DNA of 64,000 nucleotides from Leptogorgia sarmentosa (Eukaryota): NCBI GenBank assembly GCA_964658305.1, contig OZ210884.1, positions 7,192,001 to 7,256,000 of the forward strand, read 5' to 3'. Shown piece by piece: positions 49,348 to 61,585 of this stretch (position 1 is its first letter; each line of letters starts with the position of its first letter). The notes under the pieces were generated by a model. It saw only the letters and a program-made list of their open reading frames with translations, ran no database searches and was not told where the DNA came from. The position numbers and the translations under genes were made by a program.

Positions 49348-49468
49348 TGTTTCCGGTTCACATGCGCGCGCACCGGTCTAACACGGTCAACCTGGTAACT
49401 AAAATTTAGGGGTCAGAGCTCCCGAAAAAATGCTGACTCGACAAAGCTATAAGTGTGGGTATTCTACT
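49348..49468 (-). repeat. Polinton right TIR (121 bp)
   Basis: Exact reverse complement of 35092-35212, followed by the TSD GGATTA. Confidence 0.97.
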
Positions 49469-52400
49469 GGATTAATATTTAGAGACTTAAATTATTTTAG
49501 GTGTTACATGCATGTACATGTAACTTGAAGCATCATTGTGAATTAAATGCAAAATTTCTGTCAGGAATGTGATGAAACCTGCTACCGTTCAATTGCGGCT
49601 GCTACGTACACTTTGCCCCAATAAAAATACGAAATCTAATTTCATTAAGATTTAAAAAAAATGTATGTGGCAATTAATTACTAGTCTTGATTTGGTTCAA
49701 TCCAGTTCCATGCCGACATAGCGGGAAAACGAAAAAAATGTCACAATTACGCGTTTCTTATTGATTCATTTTAAATATAATTATTATATTGGGATTCCGA
49801 ATAATAATTTAGAGAAGAAATTCATTCCGGTTGCAATGATGAAAAACAACTTAATCTTTACGTGTTAATGGCGATGAGCGTTCATCAATAACCAAAAGTC
49901 AATAAGCATGAGTACAATGTAAAATACATGTAATTACGCACTCCCTCAGTTGCTTTTAATAATATTTTGACAGTTGAATGAAAAGAATGTTCTTCTTTTT
50001 CTTCCCCATACAGGTATTTCACGCACTCCAACATAATTAATACCGCCACCGCAATAAAAAGCTTGCCAGCTTTATTTTGAATCAAAGGCGTCTTCATCAC
50101 AAATTACCCAAGGATATTGTCAGGATGTCTATTGATACCACTTAATGTAAATGAAAACATTTGAACGAACCCCGTCTTTGTACACAGACGAGAAGAACTT
50201 TTGCTCGAAACGTCGTTATTGTGTAGGTAGTGATTAGAACTAAATTTGCTGATTAGAACTTTTATCACATGCTCCATCCTGTGGCTTAATCCATGTCCAA
50301 ATTCCAATTCCTGGCCAAAAAAAAATAATATGAAATTAGTTTTCTGTGGGGATTAGTCTGAAAGGACGCTGGAGCTATTTTATAATCACTTCAGGCTAAT
50401 GAATGGCTAATTGCGGTCAGTAAAAAACAGATATTAATTATCCGGAATTCGTAAATGAGTTATTAACAAATGAATTCATTGGCTGGAATAGAGATTTTGA
50501 ATTATTCTAATATATAACACTGTTCGACAATAAAACTTTAATTGCCGTTCACAAGTGGTCTTTTTACTACGAACATAGTGGTACTCATAATTAAAAACTT
50601 TTCAAATGTTTTTGTTTTCACAAAGCGAATATATTCAGTTTAAATGAGAGACCTATATTCGCTCCATTGGGCATGCCTACGCTTGTTGAAGTAAATATAC
50701 TTCGTATTATACGTAGCTAATTATAAATAGTCTATCAAATCATTTTTATCTAATATATTAATTTAAAGATTGTCTTTCATTTTTGTGCCACTATATCGTC
50801 ATCTAAACAGCAGTTACTCAGAACTTATATGAAAATTGCCGGAAAAACCACGGCATGGAATGATTGAATGGATTTGCATAACGTTAGTTTGTCCCTTGTG
50901 TGAAGTCCAACCCATGCAAAGCGCGTAAAAAGACACTCTTGGTGCAGTACGTATAATGAGGTAATTCAATACCGAAGGCGCCATTCATAAAGTACGTATT
51001 TCCTGAAGTAGTGAGTGTTACATACGCACAATAATTAACATATGTTTCCACCAACTGTGCTCGTGAATGCGACGTAAACTGCTTTATTTGTTACAGTTGG
51101 TCAGATTTGCCCATTTGTCAAAACGGTGACTTGTTTATCAACAAGGTATTTGCATTGTACTCCGTGAAAAAACATCTTTTTACGTCATCCACGAAGATTT
51201 AAAGCACACACACGGTTTGGTCTTCCACAAATGCGTGCTTAATGCCGAATCAAGACATACCAACAAATTTAAGGTGTACATTAATACAACATGCTTCACT
51301 GAGTTGAAGAATTACATATTATGCTAGTCAATCGCTTACACGAAATGTGTTTTACATAACTATAAACTGCAGGGGCAGTTATATCAAACACGTTTAGTTC
51401 AAACACGATGCATATAGGCCAAAATGTTCCACACCTTCCTATTCATCTTGTAATGCATGAAATTAAATTTCATCAACCAAATGAATGGTTCTACGCACAT
51501 TCAGTAGTTTTTTATACAGAAACTATTGTCGTGGCTGTAGTCTAGCTATACTTCACTGATTCGTTTGATTGATGTTTTTCTTTCTTAAACGCCCTCGATA
51601 CAACCGCATGGAGACAATCAGAAGTATAAATAATTATTATGATGTAAGTCAGGAAGAGCGTGTATGGTATGTTGGTTTTTAAATTACTTTTCTCTTAAGC
51701 AATCTATAAAAAGCGCACAATATTTAAATGATTAAAAAATTATTTTTCCTCCCCCATTTTTCTTCCGCAGTGATTTCCTGTGTTCAAATTTGAATATTGA
51801 TTAGTGCAATATCAAAGATTCTTATACGCCGTGGGTGGATTCTTAGCCCTTATAGGCCAAAAACACAGATAGAACTACAAAAATACAAAACATTGAAGAA
51901 ATAAAAATATGGGATAATGCAGTTCCTGTAGTAAAACGCGAAATTTATCGGATACTTTGTATTATAAAAGCTTTTGTATTCGCAAAAATTTAGAAGTGTT
52001 AAAGAATAATTTCACAGGTGAACTCGAGAAACGATATAATACCATTCATTAATGTTACCTGCCTGAATAGAAATGTTTTCGCTGGAATATCGTAAGCTGG
52101 TGTGACGATTTTCCAGCGAAAATTACAAGGTCTGTCTGCCTTTTATTTACTTGGGATTAGATGACCTATGAAATTTCCGAAATTTCTACCAAATTAATTT
52201 CACATAATTTCATTTCCATCAAATTTATCTATCAATTTAATTTCAATTGAAACTTTTATTCAAGCTTCTGAAAATGTATAGCTACTATACATGCCTTTCG
52301 AGAAATCCAGCTGCGTTGGTTGGAAAGTTTGTTAGTATAATTTTAGAGATGTGCACACCCATGCTCTAATTGATGCATACAAATAAAATTCATGGATTGG

Positions 52401-52669
52401 AATAGCACTTTTGCGGATGTTCTTTATCTCGGATCAATGAATATCTCGGACATTTTGGCCAAAATAAAGCATACGATAAATTATGTCATACGTTGCAATA
52501 AATACTGCACAGTTATAATCTGGCCATTGTTGTAGCTATGTCTTACGCAACGTTGCTGTTTACCTCCGCCCACATTGGAAACTCAAAACTTTCATCGGAC
52601 TTGCATCTCTTGAATAAAATGAATAAAATTAATACGTCTTACAATTCCCATTTCATATGCAAATATGCT

Positions 52670-53260
52670 AAGTATTCTTCGATACCTTCGATGAATCTAT
52701 TTTTATGTTTCAGAATAGTCACACCCAGTTTGTTTATGGTATTGCTTTGAAAAACAACCCCTATACAACTCCTACCAGATTACTTGAATTATATTGTTGA
52801 CTCATGCCATCTCATGCCATATGAAATACTTCCTACTTCCTATGCAGTTATACAAACATTCTTCGATATCTTCCATAAATCTATTTTTATATTTTCGAAA
52901 ATGTCGCACCCACAGCATTAATGGTAATACTTTGTTATATTCTTGACAGATTACTTGAATGTTGTGGACTCATGCCGTACGAAATATTTCCCACTTCCTA
53001 GTATGCAGTTATACTAAATATTCTTCGATACCTTCGATGAATCTGTTTTTATATTTCAAAAAATATTGCTTTGTGAAATAACCCCTACACTACTCCTAAC
53101 AGATTATTTGAATTATATTGCGGACTCATGCTATATAATATACTTCCTTTTTCTTTTTTAGATATTCTGAATAATCTTTGATCCCTTCGACAAATCTATT
53201 TTCATATCTCAATCTAGACTACACTTGTTGTGTTTATGGCATTACTTTGTGAAACAACCC
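52670..53260. repeat. Degenerate tandem repeat, about 3.5 units of 160-185 bp
   Basis: Recurrent attcttcgataccttcgatgaatctatttttat and cagattacttgaattatattg..gactcatgc motifs. Confidence 0.65.
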
Positions 53261-54091
53261 CTTCACCAGCAGTCCAACAGTTTACCAACCCCTTTTGCTA
53301 GTCAAAAAACGCTATAGTTAATATTTCAATAGTGACGTCCCGCATTGAATAACAAACTTTTCAAATGCCAACCATTGAGCTGATTTTTCAGCATACTTCC
53401 TATCATTCAACAAAGAAAACTTCTCTTCTGCTGGATTTAAATAATGGAAATCGCTACTGATATAAACGCAAAACGTCTTTTATTATTATTATATAAGTTA
53501 TGCTATATATTAATTAAAATAAATATTATATATAGTTATTACAAATAACACTTTTTAATTTTTAAGAGACAAAATAAGTCACATCCACAAAACACGCGAC
53601 TTAATTTGGAAGATCGATAACTGGGTGGGGCTCTTATGCGTGTTCTGCCCTTCTAATTTCTGTTCAAATCAATTGTTTTCAATGTCTGTGAACACGATTA
53701 TCTGAATAATTATGTGCATCCCTCCCACCCCCTTCCCCTAACTTGACCATTTATAGAAGCATGCTTAACCAAACCGCGGTAGTCGCGTCTTGTGTACGTC
53801 GTGACTTATCTGTTCTTTCGTTAATTGATCTTAAAGAGTTGCAACATATTAAGCCTTTCTAATATTCGGTGGTCAAAGACTTTTCATTCACTATACAGTA
53901 TATTAATCTCGCTCGACTGAATACAACACATTTCCCAGATTTTCTAAACCACCGCCCTTATTTGTCCTTTGATAGATGTTAACGAGTGGATTAATAACGA
54001 ATGTGTTGAGTGCGTACTCCCAATGTTTCCTCCTTTTCTTATTTGTTGTCCTACTATGCAGTGTGATGATGAATAATATGATTTTTAACGT

Positions 54092-54447
54092 TCATGATTT
54101 TTGAAATAGTTGTACAATTCCTTCAGCATGAGGTGGAGGAATATTTACTGCCTTTGTTGTACATCGGATCGCATTGCGTGCCATACAATGATATTTTCCA
54201 GTACGCGCTTTGACAAGATTTGATATTACTAATTCACACATCTTTTCTCTATTTTTTGACGAAGGTTGACAGTCTCTGACTGGAATGCGGTGTTCATTAA
54301 AGAAAAATGTTATCACTGACGGGTTTAGAAGAACTGCATTATACAAGTGTGAATCAACAGTCGGGGCTGTTGCTTTACATCGTACGGTGAAATTTGAAAC
54401 TTCAGTTGGAAACGCGATTACTTCCAGTTCAACCATAGGATTGAATT
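54092..54447 (-). CDS. Single Ig-domain exon, paralogue 2
   Basis: Acceptor at 54448/54447; CKATAP.V.SHLYN..LLNPSVI.FFFN...YHCMARN is clearly homologous to the exon at 32615-32274. Other exons are uncertain. Confidence 0.7.
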
Positions 54448-54459
54448 CTGTAAAAGTGA

Positions 54460-54730
54460 GATAATGGTGATTATTATGATGACGTAATAGTGATTTTGAT
54501 GATGAAATAATGGATGGTTATGATCATGAGGTAATGGTGATTTTGATGATGAGATAATATAGATGATGAGATAATGCTGCTTAGTATGATGGGATAATGT
54601 TGATTTTTGATGGTGAGATAATAGATGATTATGATGATGAGATAATGGCGATTACTATGATGAGATAATGGTGATTTTTGATGGTGAAATGACAATGATG
54701 AGTAGGAATGATAAGTATTGATTATCATGA
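54460..54730. repeat. Low-complexity GAT/ATG-rich simple repeat
   Basis: Degenerate gatgatgagataatggtgatt units. Confidence 0.75.
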
Positions 54731-57601
54731 TACCGTGCACGTACCTCCAGGCCTTGGATTTTTTTTTGAACATCGACTGTCTACAAGAACTGTGTATTGT
54801 ACATGTAGGGCGAACACCAGAAAATATCTTGTCAACATCTTGATATCTGCAAAGTTCGTTGTGTATAAATTCAGGTATTCTGTTGTGTGTGCAAAGAGAG
54901 CTGAAAGTATTCTGACCCATTTTAACACTCAATCTATATTCACGATGCTTATTTCACCTGGTTGAATACTTAACTGGTTATTTGAGGGAGTACTAATAGG
55001 CATTCCGATCTGATCTCATTCGTTGTTAAGGGGAAAATGAGATATACAGGGCACAAAAATTGCTTTTTTTGAGATGTTCTCATTTTACACTGATTAGATT
55101 TGAAATAAACGAAAAGTTGCACTCCGCTATCGAAGCAATAAAACAGAAATTAACGTTCCAACACAAGCTTTTCCCTCATTCACTCAATCGATTTTCAGTC
55201 AATGCTCTTTTAATTACAATCAGTAACTTTTAATCAAAGTTGGAAAGAAAGCGATAAGTAGCTACTCTTGTTGGTTTCATAATGGCATTAAGTAGAACGC
55301 TTATTGTCGCATGATAGACATTTCTTCTGTAAACCCGGTAGATCGCTGTTAAAAGAAATGTGATTCAGCGGCAATGTCAAGAAATTAAAATTTGATATTT
55401 CGCGGGTGTACGTGTTAGGCTGCACAAGAGATTTGTGTTTGAAAAACTGCGTTGGTTTTAAACACTTTTTATTAGCCATATTACTCAAGTAGCTACTGTT
55501 CAGAATTTCCACGCCATTAATTAATACACTAATGCATGCACATAAATTTAATTGTAAATTAAAATGCTAAAAGAGGAAATTCGACGATCTCTCGCAGGAA
55601 TATTACAAAAGATGTTTGAAAGAACAACCAAATGTATTAGAGTAACAAATCTAGAATGTTCTAATATCTGACTCGTTTTATCGTTAGCATAAAAAACACG
55701 AATTCAATACAACTAGGCCGGGCGAATAAATGCCCGGTCTAATTTGTGAATATAATTAATCAAATTTCTGGAAGCTTCCTTCCCGCCCTGCCTCCGCGGT
55801 TTACATGACTGGAATGCAATCCAATATTAGGATATGATGTGTTATGAATTAGACTATATGATCAGGAAAGACTAGTCCACTGTGATTAATACGTTTCGGA
55901 ACATCTGTCAATATATAGGTAATTATTATTTGAAGTATTAAATCTCGTGCATTTAACCATATACGTAGCTACATTCTTTATTTAAGTTGATAAATCTTTT
56001 TTTAAATAGTTCCTAACTACATAGCTCTCAGGTTCTGAACAGAACATCTTACTTAGGAACCTTAAGGATCCCAGGCCTACGCCACCAACGCGACGTCAAG
56101 CCAAAACATTGTCTTTCGATTTATTCTCAAAAACTGTAAAGTATAACGAACTCAAAATATCTTTTGTATCAATTCTTGCTCTCGCTTGTTTTCTCCTGTT
56201 CTGGCAGTTTTCGAATGTAGGTCACCAAGGCTAAGAGCATAGTTCTAGAAGACTCCATCATTTAAGGGAAATATCATAAGAAAAACCTTGACTCCATCAT
56301 AAATAATGCGTCATGATAGAGAATGTTGTATTTAGGACGTTCTAAACTGCCTGAGAATATGGGGGAATCCATATCCTCCATGAAAGAGGATAGCGTAATT
56401 AGTCTAAAATACACGCTGGATTCTGGCTATAAAATTTTAATGTATTGATTTCCTTAATTTCTAAATTTCCAAATTTATTGCTGGAGTTATAATGTAATAG
56501 TATCACCATGTTTTCTTCATCTCTTAGGTCATTCATGCATGTGAACTGGGCGCAATACATTTGATGAATTCAAAATTCAGGTAATAAATCTTTATTCGAA
56601 TGAATCTACAACTAAATAAAAATGTATAGAATTTTTAGCTTTACTGATAGGGTTAGAATAAAATCCTGATAAACCACAGACATTTCAGTTCAGTACAATC
56701 ACAAGTTTTTATTATTAGATTTTCCTGAATAGCATGCTGACTAATTTTTTAATATATTGATTACTATGAGCGAATAAATTATTTCAATTTCAAACAATTT
56801 ATTTGATGATTAGTGATACTTCACCGCATGAGAATTTCTTACATATCTATCAGACAAAAGTTGTTTATAGTAAGACAAAAATAGAGTTATAAAAAACATA
56901 CGATATTACCAAGGATTTCCTTCGCTTTCGTTTCAAATTGTGAATGATTGTTTACGATGACGGTATCACAAAAACATACAACAGACTGTGAAAATGGAAA
57001 CGGACGAGAACTTTCACAGACTTTGATAAATCACAGGGGAATTGATCGATAATTGGTAAAAAAGATAGAAAATTCACTACAATAAAGTCACCTAGAAACT
57101 CACTATACAGTAGCTATATTTGTGTCGTAACAGTTGTGATATATAAATGTTTTAATTTCACAGTTTAAGTGTCGTTTTAGGGAGTTTCTCTCTACCAGGC
57201 CTACCTGTGAGTATTTAGAGCGCAATTCAGAACTGTAATCTTCACCAGTGTTTCTTAATAACTCTGTCTTGACACAGTATTGATCAAATCTCGCTTTAAA
57301 CTGCCTTTATTCATTTTATTCTACCCACTATGTAAAGATTAATTAAAGAAAATGTGGCCACTCAGAATCTCTTATCTAGAAAATTTCTCATTAACTCCCA
57401 CTCAAAGCTTTCTACACCGACATACTGACACCCACCAGCTTGATGTTGTAATACAAAATTGTCCTTTTTTATTATTTATTGAGTGAAGAAACATACGAGG
57501 CACCATTGTCAAGAAATTATTATTTTTTGTAGCATCAACTTTATATTTGTTTAAATTACTACTAATAATATTTAATGAGAAGTATCTCCATATAGATTTG
57601 A

Positions 57602-58831
57602 TCATCGCCCTGTTGAATGAGCGAGCTCTTTTGGATTAAAGGACGTACATCTTTTCTCTTCACCTCCATTTGGTTTAGGCACACGTACGCAGCTGTAGAG
57701 CCCATCTTCGCATCCTTCACAATCTTGGGAGGTAGCACATTTCTTCTCCAAGTCCTTACATTCCGTTTTGTTCATCTCTCCCTAAACATGAACCGTGGAT
57801 TTAATATTGCGAGCGCGGGGATGCGGAAGCACGCGCACAGCCGGTGCAATTCATGGACTCATTGCTCTTGGTAATATGGTTTATTGATGCGAACTGATTG
57901 AATTAAAACAAAGTTACGAGCATAATACTTAATAATTTTAAAATTGATTATCAATCAAAAAAACTGTCGGAAAGCTGGGAACGTACTACACTGATGTAAC
58001 TCCACGTCACTGCATGTTGAGATGCGGGAAAGTACTGGCACTAGTTGTCAAATAGAAATCCAAATTTCCATCTAAACATCTAAATTTCTCATGAGTTATA
58101 ATTCACTTTGTTCCCGAATTCCTACATATTTACTGCATCATTTTGTTTACTAGTCATGGTTATGAAATTTCAACAAGATTCATAAAGGAAAACACAATAT
58201 ACAAAAAACCGCAAAATGCATAATTTTTATGCAAGATTTTATGCAGGCCTTTTACTCATGATCGTTATGCATGGCATTATATTTTGAAAACTAATCCTCA
58301 CTGTCAGAGTGATCACCATGCATGCAAATATCTCACAGGAAATCCTATGAATATAATACGACATAATCGCATGGTGAAACAAAACTTGTTAGTTTAACGA
58401 TCAATGTCTTTCACGTTCCAAAATTGTTTCAGGAAACGCTTCTCATGATAAGCAATACTATTCTTCTTTCATTAATTTTCAATAATTTAGATATGATAAA
58501 ACCCGTTCACACGAGCGATTTTTGGCTGCGATTTTCTCCTTTTGATAGATGTGCATGAACGAGTGGATTGATAACGTGACTGGTTTACTCATTCACAAAG
58601 GGAGAAAATCGCACTAGAAATCGCAGCGAAATCGCTCGTGTGAATGGACCTTTAGAAGCAATGGATATTTGACAGAATATTTCAATCATCACCCGTGATG
58701 ATAACGCAACTTACCAAACCTCCACTTCGTCTCCGTCTTCTTCTTCTTCGACCTCTACGCCTTCCAGCTTCTGAAATCGAGAATATCAGAAGCAGGCATA
58801 GACATAACACCAATGTTGTTTTTACTTTCAT
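57602..58831 (-). CDS. Secreted 98-aa peptide: signal peptide + poly-Arg tract + 6-Cys domain (2 exons)
   Basis: Exon 58831-58715 MKVKTTLVLCLCLLLIFSISEA-GRRRGRRRRRRRRSGGL|GTAAG; exon tttag|57781-57602 GEMNKTECKDLEKKCATSQDCEGCEDGLYSCVRVPKPNGGEEKRCTSFNPKELAHSTGR*; phase-0 join. Confidence 0.8.
58501..58651. mobile_element. Small MITE-like inverted-repeat element in the peptide gene intron
   Basis: ccgttcacacgagcgattt...gcgattttctcc versus ggagaaaatcgc...aaatcgctcgtgtgaatgg. Confidence 0.6.
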
Positions 58832-60876
58832 TTTACAATCGTATCAGAAAGAAAAACAATAATTTTGTGATTGCTTTGATTTTAATCATTCTTATATACC
58901 AAAACACGGCACTGTTTACGCGAAAATTACTTTTTAACAAGCTTCATTTATACACCCACTATATGTAATAATTTCTGGCTTATAATAACACTAAGGCAAT
59001 CATTCTACAGCCAATAGTCTCTGTATCTTCATGCAAATAAAGAAATTCGATTCCTAATCCTTCCATCCTTTCTTGTAATAAAACATGCGGTATCTTTACA
59101 CAATTAAATGTCTTAAACCAATCCGCTTCATTGTATTAGTTCAAGTTATAAAACAAATTATCTTATACCTCCTGTAAATTACCACAATGAAAGTATTAAT
59201 TATTATAAACAGTGAATTGTTTACTATTAATCATAAATTTACTAATATATATCCTTAAAAGCAGCACTTCAAATATATAGGACAGTTTTGCCTACTTTAT
59301 ACATCACAATTGGGTTTTTTTAAGAAGATATAATAATTTGATTTTGCTGATGAAATTAGCCATTAATTTTCCCATCGAGACCGCAAAGCATGTATGGATT
59401 CTTCTTTTGAGGGACATTGGAGTAGACTTCGCGTAGAAAATAGGAGATAAGGAGGCATCTTTTATATTTTTTGCTTCAATTTTAAGTCTTAATGTTTCCT
59501 GCCACTTTGAGTTGTCCTTCCATACAATCCATGCATCATTTGCGGGTTGTCAATGGACCAATGCATATTAGTATACACCCAAACATCGTCTATTGCAAAT
59601 GCTACATTCTGATTGAATCCATACAACAGCGTTAAAGACCATCCCAAAATTAGTAAAATTGCTTAGCTTGGGTGCAAAATGTTGTGAAATACAGAAAATG
59701 TAGCCATGCAAAATAGGAAAAATTTGAATACTTTTATATTACATGCCGTGAATTGTTAGAAGTCGTACCATTTCGAACTTTTTAAAATTTTTGTCTATTA
59801 GGCAATTGCCCCTTGGAAAATGAAGACACATATTTTGTCAGGTTTACATCTTTCAACAGTGGAATTGCGCGCGTTCCAAGTAGCAAGAAAAATTATACAG
59901 TTTGACATGGTCTTTGTTATGCTGTCAAAACATATTAATCATGAACAATCACCAGGTTGGTTTCATAGCAACGTAGATATATTTTTTGTTTCTACATTAT
60001 TGAAAAATAATGAACAATTAACATTTATTGACAAAACAAAAAAATCTTATTTATTAATATTCCTAAGAAAATCCTATTTGAAATGTGATCACCAGTTATG
60101 ATACGTAATAAGTTTTAAAATATTAACATATTTTAATAAAAAAAATTTGTGTTGGATAAAAACAATTTCAAAGCAATTCAAACAATTTCAAATTGATGGA
60201 AGTAGTTACTATCTGTCAGTCTTCAAAGCAAACGCGACAGAGTTTTCAAAGTGACACTCCAGCTACTACTTTGAGCTTTTTGAGTCTCAACATTTGCATA
60301 CATTTTGCATATTACATTATTAGCCAGACAGTAAAAAATATACACAAATTGCCAGGAATTAACATTTATTCATTTTCTGCATTATTAGCTTTAAAACACA
60401 AAAGTCACTAAAATTAAGCATATATAGTGATTTCCGTTTCATTTTTTCACTGCTGGAATGTATTTCTAAAACCAAAAGAAAATATACGCTATTTTAATTT
60501 TCAGAGCATCGCATGGATTTTATATTGGATTCTAAGATGCAATATTTAGCCTTGTTATATAGTTGGTGTCAAAGTTCAATTTTCCTGTTTGCTGATTGGA
60601 CAAAACCGTATCACGTGCCGGTCCACAAAACGTCATGTTCGCCAACCGGTCAAAAATCAAAAAATTATTGACCGGGCAACAATTAAATGGGCACAATGCG
60701 CATGCGCGTCAACCGTGAAGTCCAAAGTTCATTCAATCGTACGATGTTTTGAAATTTTTACGATGTTTTGATGGCGTAAGGCGTCCCATTCAATGTCTGT
60801 TTTTTGGTTTCAAAGTTCACTCCAGTATTAAACCGGTGAATTCATTCATATTTTGACACTAAACTATATAACAAAA

Positions 60877-61017
60877 CACTTATTTACTGAAACCTCGGGA
60901 AACATTGTGTTTTGTGGCCCCTCGACCGCCATTGTTGCCCTCGGCTTCGCCTCGGGCAACAACGGCAGTCTCGGGGCCACAAAACACAATGTTTCCCTCG
61001 GTCTCAGTAAATAAGTG
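60877..61017. repeat. 141-bp imperfect palindrome (hairpin end of an interspersed repeat starting near 60550-60590)
   Basis: cacttatttactga...ggc-TTC-gcc...tcagtaaataagtg, centred at ~60947. Confidence 0.85.
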
Positions 61018-61585
61018 ATAATTATCAACTGAAAGCGAAGTGATTATCAGTGAATATTCACGGCGAGAAGTAAATCGGAAGTAAACACTGATTTTGTTTT
61101 TTTGCATGTAGTCCATGAATAAAATGATCATTTTTTCGTCTTTGATACGCAAAATTTCTTCGTTTCCTTTACACGTGTTTCATAGGACTCGCGCACCACA
61201 CAGCTAATTCGGAGATTTCCTGAGACCAGTTTTTTGTTAAATCTATAGCTGTATATCACATGAAAATATCGGTGAAAATTGTCGACCGGCCTAAATTTTT
61301 TGGGTACAATAATTGTTAAAAAGTATTTTCAGACAAAAAAAAATTTCAATTGAGCAGGCAAGGGGATACTACCTAAAACGTTTTGTACCAATTTTTCGTC
61401 GCTTCTTTATTATTTTCTTTTATCGTCGTCGTTACATCGACAAACTGGACGGCCGCGACACATTAGGTGATTATTGCGTAATATTGCGAGGAAGCTTGAC
61501 TAATCAGAGGCCACAATAATATTCAATAATCATCCATATATTCGTACTAATAATTATTTTAAAATGTTATATAATATTACCTACA

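Larger units (their letters stand above)
35092..49468. mobile_element. Complete Polinton/Maverick (adintovirus-like endogenous dsDNA virus), 14,377 bp
   Basis: Perfect 121-bp TIRs starting AGTAG and ending CTACT; 6-bp TSD GGATTA at 35086-35091 and 49469-49474; encodes integrase, pPolB, ATPase, protease and two capsid-type proteins. Confidence 0.98.

Noticed and set aside
54474..54932. 152-aa His/Ile-rich ORF
   Set aside because: Translation of a GAT/ATC-rich simple repeat adjacent to the Ig exon.
56908..57010. Candidate leader exon for Ig paralogue 2
   Set aside because: A phase-1 donor exists, but I could not find a convincing in-frame ATG and signal peptide.
58715..58770. Alternative acidic reading KLEGVEVEEEEDGDEVEV as a toxin propeptide exon
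   Set aside because: That frame is not continuous with the upstream signal peptide and hits a stop right after splicing to 57781; the Arg frame is open at both ends.
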